From Gammaproteobacteria bacterium (lineage in GTDB: Bacteria; Pseudomonadota; Gammaproteobacteria; PS1; Pseudothioglobaceae): a stretch of DNA of 64,000 nucleotides. Positions 8,788-18,640 of this stretch are shown one piece after another (position 1 is the first letter of the stretch; each line of letters begins with the position of its first letter). The position numbers and the translations under genes are program-made. The notes under the pieces are model-generated. The model saw only the letters and a list, made by a program, of their open reading frames with translations. It was not told where the DNA came from and ran no database searches. The stretch lies in contig OZ242267.1 in NCBI GenBank assembly GCA_965207335.1, positions 835,729-899,728 on the forward strand, given 5' to 3'.

Positions 8788-9462
8788 ATGGATGCAAATG
8801 CAAGATATAAACTTTTTGCGAAATTATTGGAAAAAAACCCAAATCCTTCAACAGAGTTAAAATATAATACTCCATTTGAATTATTAGTAGCAGTAACTTT
8901 ATCTGCACAAGCAACAGATGTTAGTGTTAATAATGTTACCGATAAATTATTTTTAATTGCTAATACTCCAGAAACAATATACGAATTAGGCGAAGACAAA
9001 CTAAGAGAAATTATTAAAACCATTGGTTTATTTAATTCTAAGGCAAAACACATAGTCCAAACCTGCAAAATACTAATAAACAAATATAATAGCGAAGTAC
9101 CAGATACTAGAAAAGATTTAGAATCGCTACCCGGTGTTGGTAGAAAAACTGCCAATGTGATTTTAAATACAGTATTTGGACAACCAACTATTGCTGTTGA
9201 TACTCATATTTACCGTGTTGCTAATAGAACTGCTTTAGCATCTGGTAAAACTGTGCTGGAAGTTGAGAAAAAACTTATTAAGTTTATCCCAGATGAATTT
9301 AAAGTTGTAGCACACCACTCACTTATATTGCATGGTCGTTATACTTGTTTTGCTCGTTCTCCCAAATGTAGTGAATGTATATTACTTGATTTATGTGAAT
9401 ACGAGGAAAAGAACTTACCTAACGATAAAAAAACTCCCAAAAAAGAGTTGATGGAGCAATAA
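8788..9462 (+). CDS. nth: Endonuclease III
   Basis: HhH-GPD motifs LPGVGRKTANVIL and DTHIYRV, plus C-terminal 4Fe-4S cysteines CFARSPKCSECILLDLC. Start moved to the ATG at 8788 because the longer ORF reads through the MITE. Confidence 0.9.
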   Translation: MDANARYKLFAKLLEKNPNPSTELKYNTPFELLVAVTLSAQATDVSVNNVTDKLFLIANTPETIYELGEDKLREIIKTIGLFNSKAKHIVQTCKILINKYNSEVPDTRKDLESLPGVGRKTANVILNTVFGQPTIAVDTHIYRVANRTALASGKTVLEVEKKLIKFIPDEFKVVAHHSLILHGRYTCFARSPKCSECILLDLCEYEEKNLPNDKKTPKKELMEQ

Positions 9463-9496
9463 TTTTAAAATTTAATTACTAAGGAGCAAAAAACCC

Positions 9497-10135
9497 ATGG
9501 TTAAAATTAGACTAGCCCGAGGTGGAGCAAAAAATAAACCTTTTTATTCTGTTGTAGTAGTAGATTCAAGAAAGCCTAGAGATAGCGGTTATATTGAGAA
9601 GATTGGTTATTTTAACCCCATAGCCAAAGGACAAGAAGTTAGACTAAAACTAGATATAGACAAAATTAATGCTTGGCAAACAAAAGGCGCTAAGCTTACA
9701 GACAGAATAAAACAACTAATAAAAGAGCTGGATAATCCAGAACTACACGATAAGAAAATTGCCCAAAAACAACTAAAAAAAGACAAAAAAATTGCCCTAA
9801 AAAATCAAAAAGCCAAAGTTAAAATTGAGCAAGAAACAGCAGAAAATAAAACTGATGTAGAAGTAACAAAAACAGACACAGTAAAAACTGAAGTAGAGGC
9901 TAAAACTGAAGTAGAGGCTAAAATTGAGCCAGAAGTACCAGAAAATAAAGCTGATGTAGAAGTAGCAAAAACAGATAAATCAGACACGGCAAAAACCGAA
10001 ACAAAAACTAAAACTGCAAGTAAATCAGAAGCAAAAGAAAATGAAACTGATACAAAAGTAGCGAAAGCAGATAAAGAAGATAAACCAAAAACCAAAGCAA
10101 AAGCAACAACTGATAAACCACAAAACAAAGAATAA
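9497..10135 (+). CDS. rpsP: 30S ribosomal protein S16 with a ~130-aa Lys/Glu/Thr-rich C-terminal extension
   Basis: [41 protein letters not shown] is canonical S16. Preceded by AAGGAG. Confidence 0.9.
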   Translation: MVKIRLARGGAKNKPFYSVVVVDSRKPRDSGYIEKIGYFNPIAKGQEVRLKLDIDKINAWQTKGAKLTDRIKQLIKELDNPELHDKKIAQKQLKKDKKIALKNQKAKVKIEQETAENKTDVEVTKTDTVKTEVEAKTEVEAKIEPEVPENKADVEVAKTDKSDTAKTETKTKTASKSEAKENETDTKVAKADKEDKPKTKAKATTDKPQNKE

Positions 10136-10142
10136 ATATATT

Positions 10143-10306
10143 GAGACCTTTGTACAAACATGAATAATCATCAGAACCCCGCTTTTCACTCACTTGATAA
10201 TTTTTATCAAACCAGCCTTAGAACAACTAGGACAGACTTAATAGAAAATCATCAATTAAGCAAAAATCAGAGCTCTGCTAATCACCCCTATTTATGCAAA
10301 GGCCTC
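10143..10306. mobile_element. MITE copy (full length, 164 bp)
   Basis: Termini GAGACCTTTGTACAAACA / TATTTATGCAAAGGCCTC. Exact 5-bp duplication ATATT at 10138-10142 and 10307-10311. Confidence 0.9.
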
Positions 10307-10340
10307 ATATTTGTACAACACTAAACATAACATAGACAAT

Positions 10341-10832
10341 ATGCTATTGGTTGGTAAAATCAATGGCATATTTGGTGTTCAAGGCTGGATAAAAATATTC
10401 TCTCACACCGAGCCAATAGCAAATATCTGCAAATATATACCGTTATATACTAAGTCTAAGGATAAATTTACTAAGTTAAATATTGCTAATTGTAAATTAC
10501 ATAGCAAAACTATTATTGCTAAAATAGATGCCATAGACGACTGCGATAAAGCTAGAGAATTATTAGGTTTAGCAATATATATTGATAAGCTACAATTACC
10601 AAAAACAAATAATAATGAATACTATTATTCTGATTTAATTAATATGGCAGTGGTTAATAAAAATAATGAAGATTTTGGCTTAGTTAGTTATTTATTTGAT
10701 AATAGCGCACATGTTGTTTTAGTTACAAAAGATGATGAAAATGAGTATTTAATACCATTTATAGATCCTTTTATTGTTGATATTAATATAATAAATAAAG
10801 TTATTACCGTTGATTGGGGCAAAGATTATTAA
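10341..10832 (+). CDS. rimM: Ribosome maturation factor RimM
   Basis: MLLVGKINGIFGVQGWIKIFSHTEP is a typical RimM N-terminus. ATG at 10341 preferred over the TTG at 10311, which lies 5 nt beyond the MITE end (10306). Confidence 0.85.
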   Translation: MLLVGKINGIFGVQGWIKIFSHTEPIANICKYIPLYTKSKDKFTKLNIANCKLHSKTIIAKIDAIDDCDKARELLGLAIYIDKLQLPKTNNNEYYYSDLINMAVVNKNNEDFGLVSYLFDNSAHVVLVTKDDENEYLIPFIDPFIVDINIINKVITVDWGKDY

Positions 10833-10845
10833 CGAACTTAGTTTT

Positions 10846-11640
10846 TTATACTGATACCTTACCTTTAATATGTTCGTGAGGATTATAATTTAAAAACTCA
10901 AAATCATTTGCCTTATAACTAAAAATATCTTTGGGTTTATTTTTTATATTTAAAGTTGGTAGCAACTTAGGTTTTCTACTTAATTGGGTTGTTACCTGTT
11001 GGCTATGGTTATTATAAATATGACAATCGCCGCCAGTCCAAATAAACTCTCCTACTGCTAAATTACACTGCTGGGCTATCATATGGGTTAATAAAGCATA
11101 TGAGGCAATATTAAATGGCACTCCTAAAAATACATCGCAACTTCTTTGATATAATTGGCATGATAATTTATTACCTGCTACAAAAAATTGAAATAATAAA
11201 TGACAAGGTGGTAATGCCATTTTATCAAGTTCACCTACATTCCAAGCTGATACTAATATCCTTCTTGATTGTGGGTTTTTTTTAATTTGTTTTACTACTG
11301 TTGCTATTTGGTCAATTGTCTTGCCATCATTACTTTGCCAACTACGCCATTGAGCGCCATATACTCGCCCTAAGTCGCCATTTTTATCGGCCCATTCATT
11401 CCAGATTTTAACTCCATTATCATTTAAATATTTTGTATTGGTGTCGCCTTTTAAAAACCATAATAACTCATGGACAACAGATGAAATATGAACTTTCTTT
11501 GTGGTAATTAATGGAAAACCTTGCTGTAGATTAAATCGCATTTGATGGGCAAATATAGCCTTAGTACCTGTGCCTGTTCTATCTGGTTTATCTATACCAG
11601 TATTTTTAATAAGTTGTAATAAATCTAAATATTGTTTCAT
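10846..11640 (-). CDS. thyA: Thymidylate synthase (ThyA type)
   Basis: [36 protein letters not shown] motifs. The ATG at 11640 overlaps the lgt stop (ATGA). Confidence 0.95.
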   Translation of the reverse strand: MKQYLDLLQLIKNTGIDKPDRTGTGTKAIFAHQMRFNLQQGFPLITTKKVHISSVVHELLWFLKGDTNTKYLNDNGVKIWNEWADKNGDLGRVYGAQWRSWQSNDGKTIDQIATVVKQIKKNPQSRRILVSAWNVGELDKMALPPCHLLFQFFVAGNKLSCQLYQRSCDVFLGVPFNIASYALLTHMIAQQCNLAVGEFIWTGGDCHIYNNHSQQVTTQLSRKPKLLPTLNIKNKPKDIFSYKANDFEFLNYNPHEHIKGKVSV

Positions 11641-12419
11641 GCTTTTTTTGCTTTTACTAATAAAATCATTGCTAATAAAATCATAGGCAAACTTAAAGCT
11701 TGTCCCATAGTAAACCAACCCCAAGCTAAGTAACCAATATGAGCATCTGGTTCTCTTACAAATTCTACTATAAATCTAAATAAACCATAAAACAATAAAA
11801 ATAATGCCGATACTGACATAATAGGGCGTTTTTTACTGCTATATATCCATAATATTATAAATAATGCTAAGCCTTCTAGCAGGGCTTCGTATAATTGACT
11901 AGGGTAACGATTAACCAAAATCCCCAACTCATTAGGTGCATAAATGCCAAATGAACTGGTAGTTACCTTACCCCATAATTCGCCGTTAACATAGTTTGCA
12001 ATTCTACCAAGACCTAAACCTAGGGGAACAAGCGGGGCTACAAAATCACTAACTTCAAAAAAACTTTTATTATTTTTATTAGCAAAAATAAGCATAGCAA
12101 TAATAACACCTAATAAACCGCCATGAAATGACATTCCACCTTGCCAAACTTTAAATAATACTATTGGGTCTGCTAAAAAATAAGCAAATTGATAAAATAT
12201 AATATAGCCAATTCTACCGCCTAAAATTACCCCAATAGCACCATAAAATATTAAATCTTCTACTTGTTTTTTTTGCCAATTTAGGTGTTTTATATTATTA
12301 ATTCTATATTTTGCCAGTGTGAATGCCAACAAAAATGCGAATAAATACATTATTCCATACCAATGTATTTTTATAATACCTAAATCAATAGCTACTGGGT
12401 CTATTTGTATATAAGTCAT
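11637..12419 (-). CDS. lgt: Phosphatidylglycerol-prolipoprotein diacylglyceryl transferase
   Basis: Polytopic membrane protein with [22 protein letters not shown] and [13 protein letters not shown] motifs. Classic lgt-thyA pair. Confidence 0.95.
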   Translation of the reverse strand: MTYIQIDPVAIDLGIIKIHWYGIMYLFAFLLAFTLAKYRINNIKHLNWQKKQVEDLIFYGAIGVILGGRIGYIIFYQFAYFLADPIVLFKVWQGGMSFHGGLLGVIIAMLIFANKNNKSFFEVSDFVAPLVPLGLGLGRIANYVNGELWGKVTTSSFGIYAPNELGILVNRYPSQLYEALLEGLALFIILWIYSSKKRPIMSVSALFLLFYGLFRFIVEFVREPDAHIGYLAWGWFTMGQALSLPMILLAMILLVKAKKA

Positions 12420-12631
12420 ATATTTATTTTATTTGTAAACTAATACACATTATGTACAACAAATAGTACTACCGTATTAAGCAATTAAGTTTAGTTTTAA
12501 GATGTCGTATGCAGGCATTGCTTTTTTAAATGTGCATTTACACTTGCTATAAAATATAAATTAAAACAATGAGTTAAATAATTCTTAAAAAACTTATTAA
12601 GCACTGTAAGACCTTTGCATAAGTGTGTTTT

Positions 12632-12961
12632 TTAATAACCACCCTTTCTTTTTGTTTCTGGTAGTCCGGCTATTTTACCTGCCTGTTTAGCAGGTCCCTT
12701 AGGGAATAAAGTATATAATACCTTAGTGTCTAATTTACCCTGCCAGTCGCCTTTTAATGCCTTAACTATATTTCTTTCATTTGGTTGATTATTATTATTA
12801 TTTATGTACTCATCTCTTAAATAATTAATAACTTTAAAACTTAACTCATTAAGTTCAACACCAATCTCAAGTGCTATTTCGTTAGCAATATCATCATTCC
12901 ATTCATCTAAATTAACTAAATAACCATTATCTGTTCTTTCTAAATTTGCCAAAGACATCAA
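12632..12961 (-). CDS. TusE/DsrC-family protein lacking the C-terminal cysteines
   Basis: GYLVNLDEWNDDIA..LFPKGPAKQAGKIAGLP matches the DsrC/TusE fold signature. The tail ends PETKRKGGY and contains no Cys. Confidence 0.75.
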   Translation of the reverse strand: MMSLANLERTDNGYLVNLDEWNDDIANEIALEIGVELNELSFKVINYLRDEYINNNNNQPNERNIVKALKGDWQGKLDTKVLYTLFPKGPAKQAGKIAGLPETKRKGGY

Positions 12962-13402
12962 TACCTCCTAAAAATCAAAGTGAAAATTGTAATGTATTTT
13001 AAATTAATAATCAACATAAAAATGCAAAATATAGCAAACTACTACTAAATAATAAGATTAGGATTTTGGGTATTATGTTTTTAGCACTGTTTTTTATGTG
13101 TGTGTTTTCGCTTAGAATAAAATATAAATTAAATTTAAAATAATAAGTTAAATAATTTTACCAAGTAAAAAACTTGTTAGGCTACTTTATAAGGATTATT
13201 TATTTATGCAAAGGTCTCAACATAGTTAAAAATAGTGCCTAACATATAAATATTTTAGGTAGTGATTTTAAAAACTGTTAAAATATTGCAAAATAAAAAT
13301 ACTGTATTAGGAGACCTTTGCATAAAAATATTTTTTATAAGCCTTACTTGTGTGTATAAGTTTTGCCTGATATAGTTACATTAAAATTATATAAAAATTT
13401 CT

Positions 13403-14221
13403 ATGATTAGTTTTGAATTTTTTCCACCAAAAGATAATACTAGTGCTGATAATTTAAAAGCAGTACAAACAAAATTAGCACAAATAAAGCCAGAATATTT
13501 TTCTGTGACTTTTGGTGCTGGTGGTGGCACAAGAGATAAAACCTTAAAAACTATTCTTGCTATTAATAACAATTATGATATTCCAGCATGTCCACATATA
13601 TCTTGTATGTACTCAAACAAAGCAGATATTAATAATTTATTAACAACATACAAAAAACATAATATCAATAAATTAATAACACTAAGAGGTGATACCCCAC
13701 TTACAATGAAAACTAACGGGGATTTTCATTATGCCTACCAATTAATAGAATTTATCAGGGATAATTTTGGTAATTATTTTGATATAAAAGTAGCCGCATA
13801 CCCAGAAAAACATCCACAAGCAAGTACTATTAATGCAGATATAAAATATTTTATCAATAAGGTAAAAGCTGGTGCTAACAGTGCTATTACCCAATACTTT
13901 TATAATACTGATGCTTATTTTAGTTTTTGTGATGAGGTTAATAAAGAGATAGATATAGAAATAATTCCAGGCATTATGCCTATTACTAACTATGTGCAAT
14001 TAAATAGTTTTTCTAAATTATCAGGTACTCAAATCCCTAAATGGATTTTAAATAAATTAATATATTATCAAGATGACTTACAAAGTTTAAGGTCGTTTGG
14101 CTATGATGTGGTGGCTAATATGTGTGCTAAATTACAATCACAAGGGGTTAATAATTTTCATTTTTATAGTATGAATAAAGCAGAACCATCATATTCTTTG
14201 GCTAATAATATAAAAAACTAG
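13403..14221 (+). CDS. metF: 5,10-methylenetetrahydrofolate reductase
   Basis: SFEFFPPK..YFSVTFGAGGGTRDKT..ITLRGD..AAYPEKHP motifs. Confidence 0.9.
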   Translation: MISFEFFPPKDNTSADNLKAVQTKLAQIKPEYFSVTFGAGGGTRDKTLKTILAINNNYDIPACPHISCMYSNKADINNLLTTYKKHNINKLITLRGDTPLTMKTNGDFHYAYQLIEFIRDNFGNYFDIKVAAYPEKHPQASTINADIKYFINKVKAGANSAITQYFYNTDAYFSFCDEVNKEIDIEIIPGIMPITNYVQLNSFSKLSGTQIPKWILNKLIYYQDDLQSLRSFGYDVVANMCAKLQSQGVNNFHFYSMNKAEPSYSLANNIKN

Positions 14222-14399
14222 AATACCGCATAAAAGTATTTATGTGCGTAATGCTATTTTTTAACTATGTTGTTTTTTGCACAAGTAATAAGCTATTGTC
14301 TTGCCAGTAACTCATATTTATCCCTAAGATAATGCCCATCTAAAAGCAGTTTTTCACACATAATATCTACATACTAAACCTACTCATAATACAGTACCT

Positions 14400-14879
14400 T
14401 TATTCTTTATACTTCCAATCACCAGATTTACCACCTGTTTTGGTTAACATATGAATATTATTTATTACCATAAACCTATCCGATGCTTTACACATATCAT
14501 AAATAGTAAGTGCTGTAATACTAACTGCTGTCAAAGCCTCCATTTCTACCCCAGTTTTAGCATTGGTTTTAACGGTGCTAATGATATTAATTTGGCTGTT
14601 TACCTCATCTATTATTATATCAATAGCTATATTAGATAGCATAATTTGATGGCAAAGAGGTATCAAATCAGAGCATTTTTTAGCACCTTGTATGCCTGCT
14701 ATTCTTGCCGTTGCTATAACATCTGACTTTTTATTGCTATGTGATTTTATTAGTTCTATAGTGGCTTTTTTTAAGCTAATAGACGCAAAAGCACTGGCTT
14801 CTCTTGTAGTTATATCCTTAGCTGATACATCTACCATTTGCATCTCACCTTTGGTATTTACATGGCTTAGTTTACGCAT
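14400..14879 (-). CDS. moaC: Cyclic pyranopterin monophosphate synthase accessory protein MoaC
   Basis: LSHVNTKGEMQMVDVSAK..IPLCH..GVEMEALTA motifs. Confidence 0.9.
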   Translation of the reverse strand: MRKLSHVNTKGEMQMVDVSAKDITTREASAFASISLKKATIELIKSHSNKKSDVIATARIAGIQGAKKCSDLIPLCHQIMLSNIAIDIIIDEVNSQINIISTVKTNAKTGVEMEALTAVSITALTIYDMCKASDRFMVINNIHMLTKTGGKSGDWKYKE

Positions 14880-16093
14880 ACAATATTATAAAATTTTAAT
14901 ATATCTCCGCTAGAAAATCGGCTATTTTCTGGTATTTCTACTACTCCATCTGCCCATACTAAAGAGCTTAAAACATCAGAACTTTGCTTAGGATAAAGGT
15001 ATGCAACAGGTATAGCATCTTCATATTTTAGCCTAACTCTAACAAACTCTCGTCTTCTTTGTGCTTGTACAGAAAAATTAATTTTAACTAGAATATGTTT
15101 ATTAGCAATATTTTTATTGCCTTGTAGTTTACGAATAAATGGTGTTGCGAATACAAAAAATGTTACTATAGCAGATACCGCATTACCTGGTAAGCCAATA
15201 AAATGGGTATCATTAATATTGCCAAAAGCAAGTGGTTTACCGGGCTTTACATTAATACGCCATAACTGTAATTTGCCTAACTTTTCTACTGCTGGTTTAA
15301 TGTAGTCTTCTTCGCCAACCGACACTCCGCCTGTTGTGATAATTAAATCACATTTTTTACTTAATTTTAATAAAACATCACAAGTAGCAGTAAAATCATC
15401 GGCTATATTGCCTAGGTTTATAATGTTACAATTCAGGTTTTTTAATAATGCTATTATGCTATAACTATTGGAATTATATATTTTACCGTGTTGTAATTTC
15501 TCTCCAGGTTGTAACAATTCATTGCCAGTAAAAAATACTCCAACTGTTAATTTAGGCGACACTGCTACTTTATCTATACCAACAGATGCAATTATGGCTA
15601 TATCTTGGGGTTTTAATTGAGTGCCTTTTGTGAGAATTATATCGCCTTTTTTAATATCATTTGCCTTAGGGCGAATATTTTCCTGATGTCTGGGCTTTCT
15701 TGCTATAACAACACTATTACCATTGTCAGCCAACTCGCATTCTTCTTGCATGACTACTGCATAAGTATTATTAGGTGTAGGTGCCCCAGTAAATATTCTA
15801 GCCGCACAATTATTATCAAGACTATTACCTACCTCGCCTGCTGTTATTCTTTGCTTTATGCTTAATTTATAAGGTGGTTTATCGTTATCATTAATAGCAC
15901 AGGCAAAGCCATCCATAGCAGAATTATTAAATTCTGGCACATTAATACTAGACTTAATATCCTTAGCTAAAATACAACCTAAAACTTCATTTAAAGATTT
16001 TATGGTGCTATTTGTTTTAGGGTTTGCTTGTTTTAATAAAAAATCTAGCGCATCATCAATGGCGATTAATTTATTAGTTAGAGACCTTTGCAT
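14867..16093 (-). CDS. moeA: Molybdopterin molybdenumtransferase MoeA
   Basis: MoeA motifs SAMDGFA, IFTGAP, TGGVSVGEEDY, KPGKPLAFG. The only in-frame ATG (16093) lies inside the MITE terminal repeat. Confidence 0.9.
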   Translation of the reverse strand: MQRSLTNKLIAIDDALDFLLKQANPKTNSTIKSLNEVLGCILAKDIKSSINVPEFNNSAMDGFACAINDNDKPPYKLSIKQRITAGEVGNSLDNNCAARIFTGAPTPNNTYAVVMQEECELADNGNSVVIARKPRHQENIRPKANDIKKGDIILTKGTQLKPQDIAIIASVGIDKVAVSPKLTVGVFFTGNELLQPGEKLQHGKIYNSNSYSIIALLKNLNCNIINLGNIADDFTATCDVLLKLSKKCDLIITTGGVSVGEEDYIKPAVEKLGKLQLWRINVKPGKPLAFGNINDTHFIGLPGNAVSAIVTFFVFATPFIRKLQGNKNIANKHILVKINFSVQAQRRREFVRVRLKYEDAIPVAYLYPKQSSDVLSSLVWADGVVEIPENSRFSSGDILKFYNIVCVN

Positions 16094-16244
16094 AAATAGG
16101 GGTGATTAACAGAGCTCTGATTTTTGCTTAATTGATGATATTCTATCAAGCCTGCCCTAGTTGTTCTAAAGCTAGTTTGATAAAAATTGTTAAGTTGGTG
16201 AAAAGTGGGTTTTTGATGATTATTCATATTTATGCAAAGGTCTT
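16081..16244. mobile_element. MITE copy (full length, 164 bp)
   Basis: Termini GAGACCTTTGCATAAATA / TATTTATGCAAAGGTCTT. Flanks AGTTA / GGTTA (4 of 5). Confidence 0.85.
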
Positions 16245-16307
16245 GGTTATACTATCACAATTTATATTACTCATTATTTAAGACAACAACAATTAGACAA
16301 AAAATAC

Positions 16308-17654
16308 CTATATTTTAGTGGCATTATTAGCAATAGCTTGTATTTTATTATACCATTTGTTAGTATTATTGATTATATTATGCTTATCTAAGGTAGTAAG
16401 CTTTTTATCATCTAACAAAATTTTACCATCAACCCAAACATTAGTTACTTGGTCTCTACTTGTAGAGTAAACAATTTGTGATACTACATCATAACAAGGT
16501 TGGCTAGCAATATCACCTAAATCAATAGCAATAATATCTGCTTGTTTGCCTATTGTAATTGAGCCAATTTTATCCTCTAAACCAAGTGCCTTAGCAGAAT
16601 TTATGGTTGCCATTTGTATTGTTTGATAAGCAGATACTGCTGTTGCATCGCTTGCTACTGCTTTTGCTAATAAACTAGCACTTGACATTTCTGCTATCAT
16701 ATCTAAATCGTTATTAGATGATGCACTATCTGTTCCTATTGCTACATTAATACCGCTATTTATTAGTTTATCTACCTGACAAAAACCACTAGCTAATTTC
16801 ATGTTTGATTGCGGACAATGAACTATACTGACATTTTCATTTTTACAATTAATAATTTCTTTATTTGTTAATTGTGTCATATGAACCGCTATTAATTTTG
16901 TTGTTAGCATGCCTAGTTTTTTTAATCTAGTTAATGGTCTTGTGCCATATTCTTTTATACTATTTTTAATTTCATCTTTAGTTTCGTGAATATGAATATG
17001 AACTGGCATATCATACTGCTTAGATAGTTTAATAATATTTTTGATAGTTTTATCACTGTTTGTATATGAGGCATGTGGGGCTAATGCAAAATTAATATTT
17101 GCAGTATCTTTATACTTATTGTAAACATCTAATCCTTTTTGAATATATTGCTCGCTATTTTTTGCCCATTTACTTGGACTCTCTAATGTTACTATGCCTA
17201 TTGTTGCTTTAATGCCACTTTCTATTACTGCCTCTATTGTAGCATCTGGAAAAAAATACATGTCATTAAAAAATGTAGTACCACTTTTAATCATCTCCGC
17301 AATAGCAAGTGTTGAGCCATCTTTGACAAAATCATAAGTAGCTAATTTTGCTTCAATAGGCCAGATATAATTATTTAGCCAAACATCTAATGGCTTATCG
17401 TCTGCAAAACCTCGCAATAAAGACATTGCACTATGGGTATGAGCATTAATTAAGCCTGGCATTAAACAATGATTATTTAATGTTTTTATTTTTGATGCCT
17501 GATATTTCTTATATATCTTGCTATTAGGCATTATAGCAATAATTACCCCTTTATTTATTGCTATGGCATAATTATTTAATACTTTTTTGCTATTAATATC
17601 AATACTAATTATATAATCAGCAACTATAATTAAATCAATATGAGACCTTTGCAT
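16308..17654 (-). CDS. Metal-dependent amidohydrolase, TRZ/ATZ family (MTA/SAH-deaminase-like)
   Basis: NAHTHSAMSLLRG, HIHIHETKDE, HCPQSNMKLASG and GTDSASSNN motifs of the amidohydrolase superfamily. The start ATG (17654) lies in the MITE terminus. Confidence 0.8.
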   Translation of the reverse strand: MQRSHIDLIIVADYIISIDINSKKVLNNYAIAINKGVIIAIMPNSKIYKKYQASKIKTLNNHCLMPGLINAHTHSAMSLLRGFADDKPLDVWLNNYIWPIEAKLATYDFVKDGSTLAIAEMIKSGTTFFNDMYFFPDATIEAVIESGIKATIGIVTLESPSKWAKNSEQYIQKGLDVYNKYKDTANINFALAPHASYTNSDKTIKNIIKLSKQYDMPVHIHIHETKDEIKNSIKEYGTRPLTRLKKLGMLTTKLIAVHMTQLTNKEIINCKNENVSIVHCPQSNMKLASGFCQVDKLINSGINVAIGTDSASSNNDLDMIAEMSSASLLAKAVASDATAVSAYQTIQMATINSAKALGLEDKIGSITIGKQADIIAIDLGDIASQPCYDVVSQIVYSTSRDQVTNVWVDGKILLDDKKLTTLDKHNIINNTNKWYNKIQAIANNATKI

Positions 17655-17717
17655 AAATAGGGGTAATTAGCAAAAATTAAATTTTTGCCGAATTAGTGAT
17701 TTTGAGACCTTTGCATA
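17642..17717. mobile_element. Truncated MITE copy followed by a second terminal-repeat fragment
   Basis: GAGACCTTTGCATAAATAGGGGTAATTAGCAAAAATTAAATTTTTGCCGAATTAGTGATTTT, then GAGACCTTTGCATA again at 17704. Confidence 0.7.
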
Positions 17718-17765
17718 CAAAAAAATCAGCATAGTCATAAAGCAGTGCTATACACATTAATACTT

Positions 17766-18236
17766 TTAATTTGTAGAATCAAATTCTTGTAACCAAAAAT
17801 TATCAGCACTTTTAATGAAGCCCGGTATATCTTTTACCCAAAGATTATTTACAGATTTGTTGTAATTCAAATATAGTTTATCGTCCACTATAGTCCATAT
17901 TGTAGGGTCGCCATATACTTCTTTGCCATCTTGTGCTTCACGCCAAGCACAATGTCCACCATACTGAGGTGAATATTTTTGTGGGTTGCTATTGAATTTA
18001 CTTTTATTTTCATTATTAGCAAACAACCAAATAGCACCGTTATATTTAGTGGAATAATCTTTATTCCCCTTAATTGGCTTACTATTATCAAAATAACTAG
18101 TAGCATCATAGCCACTAATAGCATATTTATTGCCTTCACCCCAATAACCTTGTTTAGTGTAAACAAAGTCAGCACAGGCATAACTGTTAAACAGCATACC
18201 AACAATAGCTAATAAAATAAATGTAATTTTTTTCAT
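17766..18236 (-). CDS. Secreted YHS-domain protein
   Basis: Signal peptide MKKITFILLAIVGMLFNSYA. AISGYDATSYF..YNGAIWLFANNENKSKFNSNPQKYSPQYGGHCAW matches the YHS-domain pattern. Confidence 0.7.
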   Translation of the reverse strand: MKKITFILLAIVGMLFNSYACADFVYTKQGYWGEGNKYAISGYDATSYFDNSKPIKGNKDYSTKYNGAIWLFANNENKSKFNSNPQKYSPQYGGHCAWREAQDGKEVYGDPTIWTIVDDKLYLNYNKSVNNLWVKDIPGFIKSADNFWLQEFDSTN

Positions 18237-18372
18237 ATTTCACCTCCAAATCAAGTATTATAAATTTATTTTACTAGTTTTATAAATGTTTTTATAAATG
18301 TTTTTATTAAATATGCAATTTATATATGGTAAAAGCAACATCAAGATAGTTTATTTTTAAAAGGCGATTATT

Positions 18373-18621
18373 ATGAAAAAAACAATAACAGCAATAACAG
18401 CGACAATATTTTTTTTAGGGACTAGTGTTATAGCACTAAGTGCTAATGCAGGTTCAAAAGAAAAATGTTATGGCATAGTAAAATCAGGACAAAATGATTG
18501 TGCTACTAAAACATCATCTTGTGTTAGTAGCTCAAAAATAGATGGGCAAAAAGATGCTTTTATCGTTGTACCTAAAGGTTTGTGCGATAAATTAGTTGGT
18601 GGAGAATTAAAATCTTCTTAA
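18373..18621 (+). CDS. bufA: DUF2282-type signal-peptide-bearing RiPP precursor (bufferin BufA-like)
   Basis: Signal peptide ending SANA, then KCYGIVKSGQNDCATKTSSCVSS..VPKGLCDKLVGG with four Cys, the DUF2282 pattern. Sits directly upstream of a DUF692 gene. Confidence 0.75.
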   Translation: MKKTITAITATIFFLGTSVIALSANAGSKEKCYGIVKSGQNDCATKTSSCVSSSKIDGQKDAFIVVPKGLCDKLVGGELKSS

Positions 18622-18640
18622 ACTTTGTTTAATTATTTAT

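Noticed and set aside
12608-13218. DsrC-like gene bracketed by inverted MITE-terminus-like motifs (AAGACCTTTGCATAAG at 12608 and TATTTATGCAAAGGTCTC at 13201-13218; another GAGACCTTTGCATAAAAATA at 13311-13330), suggesting a cargo-carrying element
   Set aside because: There is no matching 5-bp duplication outside the motifs (ACTGT versus AACAT) and the left motif is degenerate. These are more likely remnants of separate insertions.
14222-14399. Possible bidirectional terminator between convergent metF and moaC (CGCATAAAAGTATTTATGTGCG)
   Set aside because: The stem is imperfect and the following T-run is interrupted. This is too weak to call.
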